IMG/VR virus record: IMGVR_UViG_3300021961_000056 | Reading direction: 5' to 3' (one strand) | Origin: a virus | Taxonomy: Duplodnaviria > Heunggongvirae > Uroviricota > Caudoviricetes | Length of the DNA: 64,000 nucleotides | In this document: piece after piece, positions 37,779-46,695 of the stretch | Numbering within the stretch: position 1 is the first letter of the stretch | Layout: each line of letters starts with the position of its first letter | Position numbers and translations under genes: made by a program | Notes under the pieces: model-generated | Seen by the model: only the letters and a program-made list of their open reading frames with translations | Database searches by the model: none | What the model was told of the DNA's origin: nothing

Positions 37779-38507
37779 ATGAAACATTACAAAGCCATCA
37801 TTGTATCCGATGTTCATCTAGGAACTGAAGATTGCAAAGCCGTTGAGTTTTTAAAGTTTCTGGAAAATCATCATACAGACATTTTAATTATCAATGGTGA
37901 CTTTGTGGATGGTTGGGCCTTGTCTCGTGGTGTTCGTTGGCGTGCCAAGCACACAAAAGTAATTTCTAAAATATTAGACATTTCCAGAAAGATACCTGTG
38001 GTTTGGATTCGTGGGAATCACGATGAGTTCTTACACGAATTCATGCACATGCATCTTGGTAAGTTGCAGGTGGAAGAAAACTACATCCTCGACTTGGGTG
38101 AAGGAAAGAAATACTTCATCTTCCATGGAGACATCCTTGACGTATTCGTTGCCAAGTGGAAATGGATTGCGCAGATTGGAGCAAGTGGATATGAACTTGC
38201 CCTTCGCTTAAACACCTGGTATAACAAATGGAGAGCATGGCGCGGGTTACCTTACTACTCCATCTCAAAAGATATTAAGAATGGCGTGAAGGCGGCTGTG
38301 AATTACATCACCGATTTTGAAGTAGGTGCCGCCAATCTTGCTCGTCAAAACAATTGTTCAGGTGTTATTTGTGGACATATTCATAAACCAGAAGATAGAC
38401 AAATTGCCGGCATTCATTATGTGAATTCAGGTGATTGGGTGGAGAACATGACGGCAATAGTAATTGATTATGATAACAACATTGAGGTTAAGGAGTTTCA
38501 TAAATAA
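37779..38507 (+). CDS. LpxH-like calcineurin-type metallophosphoesterase
   Basis: IVSDVHLG...INGDFVDGW...RGNHDEF matches LpxH/metallophosphatase motifs. Confidence 0.7.
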   Translation: MKHYKAIIVSDVHLGTEDCKAVEFLKFLENHHTDILIINGDFVDGWALSRGVRWRAKHTKVISKILDISRKIPVVWIRGNHDEFLHEFMHMHLGKLQVEENYILDLGEGKKYFIFHGDILDVFVAKWKWIAQIGASGYELALRLNTWYNKWRAWRGLPYYSISKDIKNGVKAAVNYITDFEVGAANLARQNNCSGVICGHIHKPEDRQIAGIHYVNSGDWVENMTAIVIDYDNNIEVKEFHK

Positions 38508-38531
38508 TCTAGTCATTATGAGGATTAGATT

Positions 38532-38924
38532 ATGTGGTTATATGAAGATAAAGAATTTACTGAAGTTCCTGACAACATCATTGGATTCGTTTATCGAATC
38601 ACTAACCTTCAAACAGGACGCCAGTACATTGGAAAGAAACTATTCACATTTGCTCGAAGAAAATCCGTTAAAGGAAAGCGAAAGCGAGTTCGAGTGGAGT
38701 CAGACTGGCGAGACTACTACGGAAGCAATAAAGAGCTTCTACACGATATTGCTACCATCGGAGGAGAACATTTCCAACGTGAGATATTGCATCTGTGTGC
38801 CAACAAAGGAAGGTGCAATTATCTTGAGGCAAAACTTCAGTTCCAATATGGTGTCTTAGAGAACCCAGATAAATTTTACAATGATTGGATCATGTGTAAA
38901 GTTCATAGAAAACATTTAAAATGA
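38532..38924 (+). CDS. GIY-YIG domain nuclease (minimal, 130 aa)
   Basis: FVYRITNLQTGRQYIGKK = GIY-x10-YIG spacing; downstream R...E...N residues. Confidence 0.6.
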   Translation: MWLYEDKEFTEVPDNIIGFVYRITNLQTGRQYIGKKLFTFARRKSVKGKRKRVRVESDWRDYYGSNKELLHDIATIGGEHFQREILHLCANKGRCNYLEAKLQFQYGVLENPDKFYNDWIMCKVHRKHLK

Positions 38925-39802
38925 TATTACTCACTCTTTTTTCTGCATTATTCATTAGTTCTGTGGCGGCATGGTTTTCCATTGCTGGCCTCATAGCCAT
39001 TTTCCCTGGCGCTCCTGTGGCTGTAGGCTTGATGGGTAGTGCCTTGGAACTAGGTAAGTTGGTGGCGGCATCTTGGATATATCGTTTCTGGAGCAAAACG
39101 AACATCTTGATGCGAACATATTTCATTTCCGCCATTGTAGTTTTAAGTTTCATCACCAGCATAGGTGTGTTCGGATATTTGACCCGTGCTTATGCTGAAG
39201 GTACAGAAGGGTTGGATGCCAACTCGGAACAAATTGCCTTGTTGGATGCACAAATATCCATTGAACAAGACAACGTGGACGTGTCACGTACCACGTTACA
39301 ACAATTAGACAAAGCAGTTAGTAACTTAAATGATAGTAGTCGGGTAGAACGTGCCATACAAGTACGTAACAGTCAACGCCGTGAACGTACAGAGTTAAAT
39401 TCTACTATTGCTGCAAGTAATCAAAAGATTGCTGAATTAAAGAAACAGAAAGCAGAATTAAATCTAGGACAAAGAAAGTTGGAAACAGAAGTGGGACCCA
39501 TCAAGTATGTGGCACAACTGGTGTATGGTGCCGATGACACCAACACCATTGACAAGGCGGTTCGATTGCTTGTGCTATTGTTAATCTTTGTGTTTGACCC
39601 ACTAGCCATTCTCATGGTGATTGCCGCCAATATGTCCATGAAAAAGGATGTGACGAAAACGGTGATACCACCCACAAAGAATTTTGCAGATGCCATTTCC
39701 AAATCGGAACCTGCCACGAAAGTGGAAAACACTACAGACATGGAAATGGATTGGAATCCTGGTAGTTGGTTCCGTATTGTGAAATCCCCTAGGGGTAAGT
39801 GA
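38921..39802 (+). CDS. membrane protein with central coiled coil
   Basis: 293 aa; TM segments at both ends. Confidence 0.5.
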   Translation: MILLTLFSALFISSVAAWFSIAGLIAIFPGAPVAVGLMGSALELGKLVAASWIYRFWSKTNILMRTYFISAIVVLSFITSIGVFGYLTRAYAEGTEGLDANSEQIALLDAQISIEQDNVDVSRTTLQQLDKAVSNLNDSSRVERAIQVRNSQRRERTELNSTIAASNQKIAELKKQKAELNLGQRKLETEVGPIKYVAQLVYGADDTNTIDKAVRLLVLLLIFVFDPLAILMVIAANMSMKKDVTKTVIPPTKNFADAISKSEPATKVENTTDMEMDWNPGSWFRIVKSPRGK

Positions 39803-39860
39803 TTGAAATACAAGCACTTAGCGGGACTTGACAAAAACAGATAAAATCGTTATATTTCAT
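39795..39860 (+). promoter_or_regulatory. Stem-loop/promoter cassette copy 4: TTGACA(39828-39833)-17bp-TATATT(39851-39856)
   Basis: GTAAGTGATTGAAATACAAGCACTTAG hairpin then exact promoter. Confidence 0.7.
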
Positions 39861-39885
39861 ACATACTCTAAAACACGGAGGCTGT

Positions 39886-40155
39886 ATGGATGGCATCACG
39901 AAGGAAGGTATTCGCAATCTTCTGCGAAATGCTGTGGTTACCGTCACGTTCACAAAGGCGGACGGAACAATCCGAGACATGAAGTGCACACTCTCTCCTG
40001 ACTTTCTTCCGGCACAGGAAGTAACCGAGTCACAGCGTAAGCACAGTCCAGATAGTTGTCCGGTCTGGGACATGGAGAAGGGAGCGTGGCGTTCGTTCCG
40101 CTGGGATAGCATTAGCAAGATTTCTCTCCTTGACAAAGAGGTTTATAATGGCTAA
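39886..40155 (+). CDS. hypothetical protein
   Basis: 89-aa ORF with RBS downstream of cassette 4. Confidence 0.45.
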   Translation: MDGITKEGIRNLLRNAVVTVTFTKADGTIRDMKCTLSPDFLPAQEVTESQRKHSPDSCPVWDMEKGAWRSFRWDSISKISLLDKEVYNG

Positions 40156-41254
40156 TCTTCATCTGGTTCTTCCCCCGGCGTCGGAAACTTCCATCATTTC
40201 TGAGGAACCGACTTGGGAAGGTGCTGTGAAGAATTACAATTCTGAAATGCTTCGTGGTTTGAATTGGCATAACTATTGTGCCAATGAGAAAGATTACATG
40301 AAGTACATGGAGCAATGGATCCGTGAGTATCGGCCGAATACTGCCAAGAAGGATATTGCTTCATGGCGAAATCATGGTCATATTCGTTCCACCGTGTGTG
40401 CTTTGGCAAGGATGCAGCTTCAGGGATTCCCGTTGTCAGCATCTGATAGTCAGCACATTCGGAACTACGTCATGGAGTTTACTGGCATGATGGAGACCAA
40501 GGCGCACACGCCGGTTAATGGAGCTACTCCTACGGTGAATCGTCCTAACATTCAGGATAGAATTCGTGCACAAGTATCTTCCATTCTAGCTGACCTTGAT
40601 GGTCACGTGGATGACGCCTTTGATGGTGTTCTTCCGTCATCGGATGAATTGGCTGGCAAGATTCTTACACAGAATTTCAAGGGTCCTCAGTTGAAGTTGA
40701 TTCAGCAATATCTTCGTAGAAATCTGGCTGAGTGGCATTCTGCCTATGCTGGTGAGGATGAGCAGCTAGTGGAAGGATATGCCTATGTGGGCAAGAGAAA
40801 TTTCAAAAAGATTATTGATGTATTCACTGAGGTGATGGCTCGCATCTCACAGGAACAGACCAAGGTGAAGTCCTCGAGGATTCGTAGGAAGAAGCCTGTG
40901 GACAAGAAGAAGATGGCGAGCAAGATTCGTTTCAAGGCGGAGCATGAAGGCATCAAGTCCTGCAATCCTGTGGACATCATTGGTGCCAACATGGTCTGGG
41001 TGTATGACACCAAGAAGCGCCGTCTGGGATACTACGAGGCTGAGGTGAAGGATAGCTTGTATGTGAAGGGTCCCAAGATTTACGGATTCGGTACCACGTG
41101 TGAGAAGATTCTTCGTAAGCCTGAGGAGCAGTTAACTGAGGTGATGAAGCTTCGAAAGAATCAGACCGTGAATTGGTTTGATGGCATCAAGGCGAAGTGC
41201 AAGGAGTTGAAGGGACGTACCAATACTGACCTACTTATCGTGAGGATTGACTAA
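40148..41254 (+). CDS. hypothetical protein
   Basis: ATG 40148 with RBS GAGG; ~369 aa; no recognised motifs. Confidence 0.5.
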   Translation: MANLHLVLPPASETSIISEEPTWEGAVKNYNSEMLRGLNWHNYCANEKDYMKYMEQWIREYRPNTAKKDIASWRNHGHIRSTVCALARMQLQGFPLSASDSQHIRNYVMEFTGMMETKAHTPVNGATPTVNRPNIQDRIRAQVSSILADLDGHVDDAFDGVLPSSDELAGKILTQNFKGPQLKLIQQYLRRNLAEWHSAYAGEDEQLVEGYAYVGKRNFKKIIDVFTEVMARISQEQTKVKSSRIRRKKPVDKKKMASKIRFKAEHEGIKSCNPVDIIGANMVWVYDTKKRRLGYYEAEVKDSLYVKGPKIYGFGTTCEKILRKPEEQLTEVMKLRKNQTVNWFDGIKAKCKELKGRTNTDLLIVRID

Positions 41255-41538
41255 TGAAGCCCAAGGACAGATTTGATTTAGAGCAGGAAATCATGAACTG
41301 CTGGCGAGTAACCGATGACATTGATTCTGTGGCACATTTTGCTGGTCAGATAAACATTGATGCCAAGGATCAAGATGCCTTGTTGAACATGCTACTCGGT
41401 TTGAAGCAGTTGTATCATGTAAAGTTTGAAATTCTTTTTGACACGTTCGAGGAGTTGGTTCGTGCTGGTGAGTTGGATGCCAACTTGAAGAAGTTTAATT
41501 GGCAGTGGCCTGAGGATGACAGCCTTAGTGACCAATAA
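41254..41538 (+). CDS. hypothetical protein
   Basis: 94-aa ORF. Confidence 0.4.
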   Translation: MKPKDRFDLEQEIMNCWRVTDDIDSVAHFAGQINIDAKDQDALLNMLLGLKQLYHVKFEILFDTFEELVRAGELDANLKKFNWQWPEDDSLSDQ

Positions 41539-41794
41539 CTTTCATTACTTGTTTGGACTTCATAGCAACATCCCAGAATGTTGTGCACGATATTACCAAG
41601 ACAAAGTGGATGAAGGGATGGAACATATTGGTTCAACGTGTCGTCCAGAATATATTGACAAACATTGGGATATTAGTTATGTTGTATGTGATGAATGTGA
41701 TAACAAGGTGAAATCTGGAACATATGTTCCTAATAAAGTACATTTGTGTCATCGTGACCCTAATGATGATTGCAAACAATTCATAGAGAGTTGA
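41516..41794 (+). CDS. small Cys-rich protein
   Basis: CARYY...CDECDN...CHRDPNDDC; start uncertain. Confidence 0.4.
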   Translation: MTALVTNNFHYLFGLHSNIPECCARYYQDKVDEGMEHIGSTCRPEYIDKHWDISYVVCDECDNKVKSGTYVPNKVHLCHRDPNDDCKQFIES

Positions 41795-41795
41795 C

Positions 41796-42683
41796 ATGAT
41801 TATTGTAGATTACAGTCAGACAGCAATTAGCACACTCATGGCGGAGCTTCGTGGACGTACTGATGCAGAAATTAGTACGCCATTGATTCGCCACATGATT
41901 GTGAATGCATTGCGTTCATATAAGAACAAGTTCGGTAAGGAGTTTGGCCAGCTTGTGATTGCCTGCGACAATAAAAAGTATTGGCGTAAGCAAGTGTTCC
42001 CATATTACAAGGCGAACAGAAAGAAGGCGCGAGATGATAGTGGCTTTGATTGGCATGCCATTTTCGAGGCGTTGAATCAAATCAAGCAAGAATTGGCTGA
42101 ACATTTCCCGTATCCTGTCATTGAAGCCGACACGGCTGAAGCTGATGATATCATCGCCTCGTTGGTGTTCTATTCACAGGAAAATGATTTAATTCAAGAA
42201 GGCTTGGACATGGTGCCACAGCCTGTATTGATTCTTTCTGGTGACCATGATTTCGCACAACTTCAGCGATACAAGAATGTCAAGCAGTATAGCCCTATTC
42301 ATAAGAAGTGGGTGAAGGCGGAAGCATCACCTGATGAAATTGTCATGGAACATATCTTGATGGGTGACAAGGGAGATGGTGTTCCCAACTTCTTATCTGC
42401 CGATGATGTGTTTGTATCTGGTGGTCGGCAAAAGCCTATTCGAAAGAAGGATTTGGAAACATGGAAGAAGCAGAAGATTGAGGATTGGAATGGTACTCCT
42501 CATGAGGTGAACATTAAGCGTAATGCTCAATTGGTGGATTTGCGATACATTCCAGAAACGATTCAAGGATGTGTTATAAATAGTTACACAGCACAGAAAG
42601 ATGTGCGTGACAAGTCTCAACTATTGAACTATTTCATTGCACACAAGATGAAGAATCTTATGGAGCACATCACGGAGTTTTAA
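41796..42683 (+). CDS. rnh: RNase H / 5'-3' exonuclease (FEN-1 family)
   Basis: IVDYSQTAISTL..., CDNKKYWRK, GDKGDGVPN align with T4 RNase H (IDFSQIALSTAL, GDKKDNV). Confidence 0.85.
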   Translation: MIIVDYSQTAISTLMAELRGRTDAEISTPLIRHMIVNALRSYKNKFGKEFGQLVIACDNKKYWRKQVFPYYKANRKKARDDSGFDWHAIFEALNQIKQELAEHFPYPVIEADTAEADDIIASLVFYSQENDLIQEGLDMVPQPVLILSGDHDFAQLQRYKNVKQYSPIHKKWVKAEASPDEIVMEHILMGDKGDGVPNFLSADDVFVSGGRQKPIRKKDLETWKKQKIEDWNGTPHEVNIKRNAQLVDLRYIPETIQGCVINSYTAQKDVRDKSQLLNYFIAHKMKNLMEHITEF

Positions 42684-42684
42684 T

Positions 42685-43185
42685 ATGGACAATTTGAATG
42701 TAAAGATGCTGTTGAATGAAAAATTGGATTGGATTGCCAAAGGTGCTTCACTTCAAGAACAAGTGGAACGCACCAAGCAAGTTGCCAAGATTGACTCAAC
42801 ATTTGCGCCATTGATGCGCATGGCAGTATTGGAAGCTGAAAAGGTGGTGGGTATGCCTGTAGGGATGCCAGACACCTATAAGCCAGACACTAGTATGCCA
42901 GATGGCTTTGCCAACACGGATGCACGTGCTGAATTTCGTAGAATCAAGAATTTTCAAGCAGGCGGCAGTATGCAAAAAGTGGCAAGTCATCAACGAGAAA
43001 AACTTTGGGTGCAAATGGTGGAAGGTATGCACTGGAAGGAAGCCAATGTCATGATACATATCAAAGACCAAACACTTCTTCAAATTTACCCAAACATGAG
43101 ACAAGTGTTGACAGAACTAGGTGCCAAGATTACATTACCTGAAGTATCAGAAACAACAAAAAAGAAAAAGCCCAAGAAGTCATAA
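42685..43185 (+). CDS. hypothetical protein
   Basis: 166-aa ORF ending at cassette 5. Confidence 0.5.
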   Translation: MDNLNVKMLLNEKLDWIAKGASLQEQVERTKQVAKIDSTFAPLMRMAVLEAEKVVGMPVGMPDTYKPDTSMPDGFANTDARAEFRRIKNFQAGGSMQKVASHQREKLWVQMVEGMHWKEANVMIHIKDQTLLQIYPNMRQVLTELGAKITLPEVSETTKKKKPKKS

Positions 43186-43250
43186 GTTGTTGATTTAGAA
43201 GAACTTACCCTGGGGCTTGACAAATGAGTCCCAGGGTGTTATATTTAATA
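43183..43250 (+). promoter_or_regulatory. Stem-loop/promoter cassette copy 5 (drives tRNA block 1): TTGACA(43217-43222)-17bp-TATATT(43240-43245)
   Basis: Hairpin TAAGTT/AACTTA plus second inverted repeat CCCTGGG/CCCAGGG spanning the -35; tRNA-Glu begins 37 nt after -10. Confidence 0.7.
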
Positions 43251-43281
43251 TATACTGCTGATTGACAACTGATGTATTCAT

Positions 43282-43353
43282 GCCGCGTTCTTCTATCGGC
43301 TAGGAAGCCGGACTTTCACTCCGGTAAGACGGGTTCGATTCCCGTACGCGGTA
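43282..43353 (+). tRNA. tRNA-Glu (anticodon UUC)
   Basis: Cloverleaf by eye: acceptor GCCGCGT/ACGCGGT, anticodon loop CTTTCAC, T-loop TTCGATT; no CCA encoded. Confidence 0.8.
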
Positions 43354-43357
43354 CTAT

Positions 43358-43428
43358 TGCCCTATCGTCCAATGGCAGGACAGCAGACTTTGGATCTGCG
43401 AATCTACGTTCGAGTCGTAGTGGGGCAA
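43358..43428 (+). tRNA. tRNA-Gln (UUG)
   Basis: acceptor TGCCCTA/TGGGGCA, loop CTTTGGA, T-loop TTCGAGT. Confidence 0.8.
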
Positions 43429-43570
43429 TGCAGTGCGATTGCAGTTATAGATTGTTGTAGATGTGGTTTATAATATAAAATGGGTGTGACAATGATGAGC
43501 AAATCACACGCCTACTCATCTAGGAAAACGGCTCCGTGAGGCGGGTCGTCGCATCATACAACAGTCATAC

Positions 43571-43643
43571 GGGCCTGTAGCTCAGCTGGGAGAGCGCCTG
43601 ATTTGCATTCAGGAGGTCATCGGTTCGATCCCGTTCAGGTCCA
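43571..43643 (+). tRNA. tRNA-Ala (UGC)
   Basis: acceptor GGGCCTG with G3:U70, loop TTTGCAT, T-loop TTCGATC. Confidence 0.85.
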
Positions 43644-43644
43644 T

Positions 43645-43718
43645 GGGTGGTTAGCTCAGTTGGTTAGAGCATCTCGTTTACACCGAGAGGGTCGGGGGTT
43701 CAAGTCCCTCACTACCCA
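43645..43718 (+). tRNA. tRNA-Val (UAC)
   Basis: acceptor GGGTGGT/ACTACCC, loop TTTACAC, T-loop TTCAAGT. Confidence 0.85.
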
Positions 43719-43724
43719 TAGTTT

Positions 43725-43807
43725 GCTCTTGTGGTGGAATGGTATACACGAAGGTCTCAAAAACCTTTGCCCTTACGGGCTTGTGAGTTCGAGTCTCACC
43801 GGGAGCA
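43725..43807 (+). tRNA. tRNA-Leu (CAA)
   Basis: loop CTCAAAA, long variable arm GCCC-TTAC-GGGC, T-loop TTCGAGT. Confidence 0.8.
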
Positions 43808-43808
43808 T

Positions 43809-43893
43809 GGACAGGTGGTAGAGTGGTTTATTGCATCGGTCTTGAAAACCGAAGAACTGAAAGGTTCCGGGGGTTCGAATCCCTCCCTGTCCG
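43809..43893 (+). tRNA. tRNA-Ser (UGA)
   Basis: acceptor GGACAGG/CCTGTCC, loop CTTGAAA, long variable arm, T-loop TTCGAAT. Confidence 0.8.
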
Positions 43894-43914
43894 TTTCTAC
43901 AACCCGAGGATGAT

Positions 43915-44289
43915 ATGCCATTTAAAATTCAGAATGTTGAAAAAAAGGATGTATCAGACAAAAATTATTTTAAGAAAACATTGAAAAATGGGAAAAAACT
44001 TTACATTGAAGAAGAAACTTGGTATCGGTGGGCTTGGGTGATTGTTGAAGAGGATCCACGTTTGAATGGCTGGACGGAAGGAGAACCCTTGAACGCACAT
44101 GATTTCAATATTCAAGATTGGAGTTTGGAAGATGGATGTTGGACTGACAGATATGGTGTTGAGGACTTGTCCAAGAAGGAACAAAAGTTGTTGGAAGAGG
44201 TGACATTCATTGATGATGCAGGATGGGAAAGTTATGATTCAGAGTTGACTTTCTATGGTCCTGTAGATATAATTGAAATTGAAGAATAA
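43915..44289 (+). CDS. hypothetical protein between tRNA blocks
   Basis: 124-aa ORF, AT-rich, RBS GAGGA. Confidence 0.5.
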   Translation: MPFKIQNVEKKDVSDKNYFKKTLKNGKKLYIEEETWYRWAWVIVEEDPRLNGWTEGEPLNAHDFNIQDWSLEDGCWTDRYGVEDLSKKEQKLLEEVTFIDDAGWESYDSELTFYGPVDIIEIEE

Positions 44290-44300
44290 CTAGGCATTCT

Positions 44301-44723
44301 ATGAATCATATTGTTTACACAGGCGGAACGTTTGACTTATTACATTCAGGTCATGTAAATTTTTTACGACAATGTAAATCATTTGGTGAAGTTGTTGTTT
44401 CACTTAATACAGACGAATTTATTTTTGAATATAAAAAAAAATATCCTGTATTAAATTTTGAAGAGCGTAAAGAAGTGTTGTTAGGTTGTAAGTATGTTGA
44501 TAGAGTTGTTGCGAATATCAGTGGAACGGATTCTAAGCCAACTATCATGCAAGTCAATCCAACTATTATCGCAATTGGAAGTGATTGGGCAAAAAAAGAT
44601 TATTATAAACAGATGTCTTTTGACCAAGATTGGTTAGATTTAATGAATATCATGTTGGTGTATATTCCATATACAAAGAATATATCCACCACAGATATTA
44701 AATCTAGATTGAAAAACTTATAG
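44301..44723 (+). CDS. cytidylyltransferase-family nucleotidyltransferase (TagD/glycerol-3-phosphate cytidylyltransferase-like)
   Basis: YTGGTFDLLHSGH (HxGH) and NISTTDIKSRL (ISSTxxR-like); overall TagD-like length/order. Confidence 0.75.
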   Translation: MNHIVYTGGTFDLLHSGHVNFLRQCKSFGEVVVSLNTDEFIFEYKKKYPVLNFEERKEVLLGCKYVDRVVANISGTDSKPTIMQVNPTIIAIGSDWAKKDYYKQMSFDQDWLDLMNIMLVYIPYTKNISTTDIKSRLKNL

Positions 44724-44726
44724 TAT

Positions 44727-44809
44727 GCATTCGTGGCGGAATTGGCAGACGCACCAGACTTAGGATCTGGCGCCTGAACGGCGTGTGGGTTCGACTCCCT
44801 CCGAATGCA
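44727..44809 (+). tRNA. tRNA-Leu (UAG)
   Basis: acceptor GCATTCG/CGAATGC, loop CTTAGGA, long variable arm. Confidence 0.8.
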
Positions 44810-44812
44810 TAG

Positions 44813-44895
44813 GCTCCGGTGGTGAAATCGGTAGACACAAGGGACTTAAAATCCCTCGCCCCAAAAGCGTGCCGGTTCGAGTCCGGCCCGGAGCA
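44813..44895 (+). tRNA. tRNA-Leu (UAA)
   Basis: acceptor GCTCCGG/CCGGAGC, loop CTTAAAA, long variable arm. Confidence 0.8.
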
Positions 44896-44900
44896 TCTAC

Positions 44901-44974
44901 GCCTCCATAACTCAATTGGTTAGAGTAGCCGCCTTTTAAGCGGTAAGTTCTAGGTTCAAGTCCTAGTGGAGGCA
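44901..44974 (+). tRNA. tRNA-Lys (UUU)
   Basis: acceptor GCCTCCA/TGGAGGC, loop CTTTTAA. Confidence 0.8.
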
Positions 44975-44978
44975 CTAT

Positions 44979-45052
44979 CCGCCAGTGGCCAAATGGTGAA
45001 GGCAGCGGTCTTATATACCGAAGATGTGTAGGTTCAAGTCCTACCTGGCGGA
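44979..45052 (+). tRNA. tRNA-Ile-like (anticodon UAU; AUA decoder?)
   Basis: acceptor CCGCCAG/CTGGCGG, loop CTTATAT; anticodon stem has one mismatch and variable region is 1 nt long; type tentative. Confidence 0.55.
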
Positions 45053-45055
45053 CTT

Positions 45056-45128
45056 GCGGGTGTAGCTCAATGGCTAGAGTCCTTGCCTTCCAAGCAAGTT
45101 GTTGTGGGTTCGAGTCCCATCGCCCGCT
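45056..45128 (+). tRNA. tRNA-Gly (UCC)
   Basis: acceptor GCGGGTG/CGCCCGC, loop CTTCCAA. Confidence 0.8.
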
Positions 45129-45143
45129 CTAAATAGTAATATC

Positions 45144-45216
45144 GCCACGATAGCTCAGCTGGTAGAGCACCCGATTTGTAATCGGGCGGTCGTCGGTTCA
45201 AACCCGACTCGTGGCT
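45144..45216 (+). tRNA. tRNA-Thr (UGU)
   Basis: acceptor GCCACGA/TCGTGGC, loop TTTGTAA, T-loop TTCAAAC. Confidence 0.85.
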
Positions 45217-45222
45217 CTTCTC

Positions 45223-45294
45223 GCCTCAATAGCTCAATGGTAGAGCATGTGACTCTTAATCACCAGGTTCTAGGTTCGAGTCCTAGTTGGGGCA
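45223..45294 (+). tRNA. tRNA-Lys-like (CUU)
   Basis: acceptor GCCTCAA/TTGGGGC, loop CTCTTAA; first anticodon-stem pair mismatched; type tentative. Confidence 0.6.
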
Positions 45295-45303
45295 TTTTGT
45301 TTT

Positions 45304-45376
45304 GCGAGCGTAGCTCAGCTGGTAGAGCGCAACCTTGCCAAGGTTGATGTCGTGGGTTCGAACCCCATCGCTCGCT
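45304..45376 (+). tRNA. tRNA-Gly (GCC)
   Basis: acceptor GCGAGCG/CGCTCGC, loop TTGCCAA. Confidence 0.8.
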
Positions 45377-45382
45377 CTGTTT

Positions 45383-45455
45383 GCCAAGATAGCTCAGTTG
45401 GTAGAGCAGTGGTCTGAAGAACCACGTGTCGGCAGTTCGATTCTGTCTCTTGGCA
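45383..45455 (+). tRNA. tRNA-Phe (GAA)
   Basis: acceptor GCCAAGA/TCTTGGC, loop CTGAAGA. Confidence 0.85.
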
Positions 45456-45459
45456 CCAT

Positions 45460-45533
45460 TCCTCGGTAGCTCAGTTGGTTAGAGCGGGTGACTGTTAATC
45501 ACTAGGTCGGGGGTTCAAGTCCCTCCCGAGGAG
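45460..45533 (+). tRNA. tRNA-Asn (GUU)
   Basis: acceptor TCCTCGG/CCGAGGA, loop CTGTTAA. Confidence 0.8.
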
Positions 45534-45537
45534 CTGT

Positions 45538-45610
45538 GTGTCGGTAGCTCAATTGGTAGAGCACCGGTCTCCAAAACCGGCGGTTGGGGGTTCGATTCCC
45601 TCCCGGCATG
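45538..45610 (+). tRNA. tRNA-Trp (CCA)
   Basis: acceptor GTGTCGG/CCGGCAT (two wobble pairs), loop CTCCAAA. Confidence 0.75.
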
Positions 45611-45628
45611 CGTATTATAGGGGTGAAT

Positions 45629-46168
45629 ATGTTAGATAAACTCATTCAAGTATTAATTGATTTTGGAAAAGATGTCTTACCATTCTATATTGTAGAAGAA
45701 TGGTCAAGAGGTTTGCACTTTCGTTTTGGTCATTTATTGAAAACATGCACACCTGGATTTCATTGGAAAATTCCTTTTGTAGATTCGGTGTATCAAACCT
45801 TGGTAATCACACAAAGTTTAGATATGAATCCGCAATCCATCACCACATCTGATGATAAAAGTATTGTGGCAAAAGGTGTAATCCGTTATCATGTAGTAGA
45901 TGTTCAACCCTATATGTTCCGTGTTCATCCTGCTGATGCTCTAGTGGATACAGCACAAAGCATCATTCGCCACACCATTGAAACAAAACGTTGGGAAGAA
46001 TTGAAAAATATTGGTGATGAATTGACTGTTGGGATTGCCAATGAAGTAAAGGAATGGGGCATTGTTGTGGAACAAGTTACATTAACCGATTTGGCATTGA
46101 TTAAAAGTATTCGTGTAATACAAAATGGTACCAATGTTCAAGCAACAGCCAATCAAATAGAATTCTAG
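45629..46168 (+). CDS. SPFH/band-7 (HflC/stomatin-like) domain protein
   Basis: EEWSRGLHFRFGH...PGFHWKIPFVDSV matches SPFH N-terminal block; ATG 45629 chosen so CDS clears tRNA-Trp. Confidence 0.65.
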   Translation: MLDKLIQVLIDFGKDVLPFYIVEEWSRGLHFRFGHLLKTCTPGFHWKIPFVDSVYQTLVITQSLDMNPQSITTSDDKSIVAKGVIRYHVVDVQPYMFRVHPADALVDTAQSIIRHTIETKRWEELKNIGDELTVGIANEVKEWGIVVEQVTLTDLALIKSIRVIQNGTNVQATANQIEF

Positions 46169-46241
46169 GGGTGGTGGCGCAATTGGTTAGCGCACCGCAC
46201 TGTCACTGCGGTGGTTGCGGGTTCGAGTCCCGTCCATCCCG
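46168..46241 (+). tRNA. tRNA-Asp (GUC)
   Basis: acceptor GGGGTGG/CCATCCC, loop CTGTCAC; near-identical 3' half to E. coli tRNA-Asp. Confidence 0.8.
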
Positions 46242-46250
46242 TTCATTGAA

Positions 46251-46324
46251 GGCAGGGTAGCTCAGTCGGCGAGAGCGCACGACTCATAATCGTGAGGTCG
46301 AGGGTTCGAATCCCTCCCCCGCTA
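46251..46324 (+). tRNA. tRNA-Met (CAU)
   Basis: loop CTCATAA; acceptor has one A-C mismatch (4-69); initiator/elongator/Ile2 not distinguished. Confidence 0.7.
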
Positions 46325-46340
46325 TCAACAAGGAGAAAAT

Positions 46341-46526
46341 ATGTCAATATGGATAGTTCGATACAATGGCATACCTGTTCCAGGTGAATATGCTACAAAA
46401 GAAGAAGCTGCAGAAGCGGTAGAAAAGATATTAGGCAAAGTGAATTTCAATATGTTTGATATTGCTTTTTGGCCTGCTGTAGGTGCTCGCGGTAACATCA
46501 TGATTGAAATCGTGGAGGAGAAGTGA
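46341..46526 (+). CDS. hypothetical protein
   Basis: 61 aa, RBS AAGGAG. Confidence 0.45.
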   Translation: MSIWIVRYNGIPVPGEYATKEEAAEAVEKILGKVNFNMFDIAFWPAVGARGNIMIEIVEEK

Positions 46527-46609
46527 GGGAGTGTCGCCTAGTGGCAATGGCAGCAGACTGTAAATCTGCCGGTATAACACCTACGTTGGTTCGAGTCCAA
46601 CCGCTCCCA
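46527..46609 (+). tRNA. tRNA-Tyr (GUA)
   Basis: acceptor GGGAGTG/CGCTCCC, loop CTGTAAA, long variable arm. Confidence 0.8.
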
Positions 46610-46613
46610 TTTT

Positions 46614-46688
46614 GCACCGATAGCTCAGCCTGGTTAGAGCATTCGTCTGATACACGAAAGGTCGTTGGTTCAACTCCATCTCGGTGCA
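46614..46688 (+). tRNA. tRNA-Ile (GAU)
   Basis: acceptor GCACCGA/TCGGTGC, loop CTGATAC. Confidence 0.8.
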
Positions 46689-46695
46689 TAAAACT

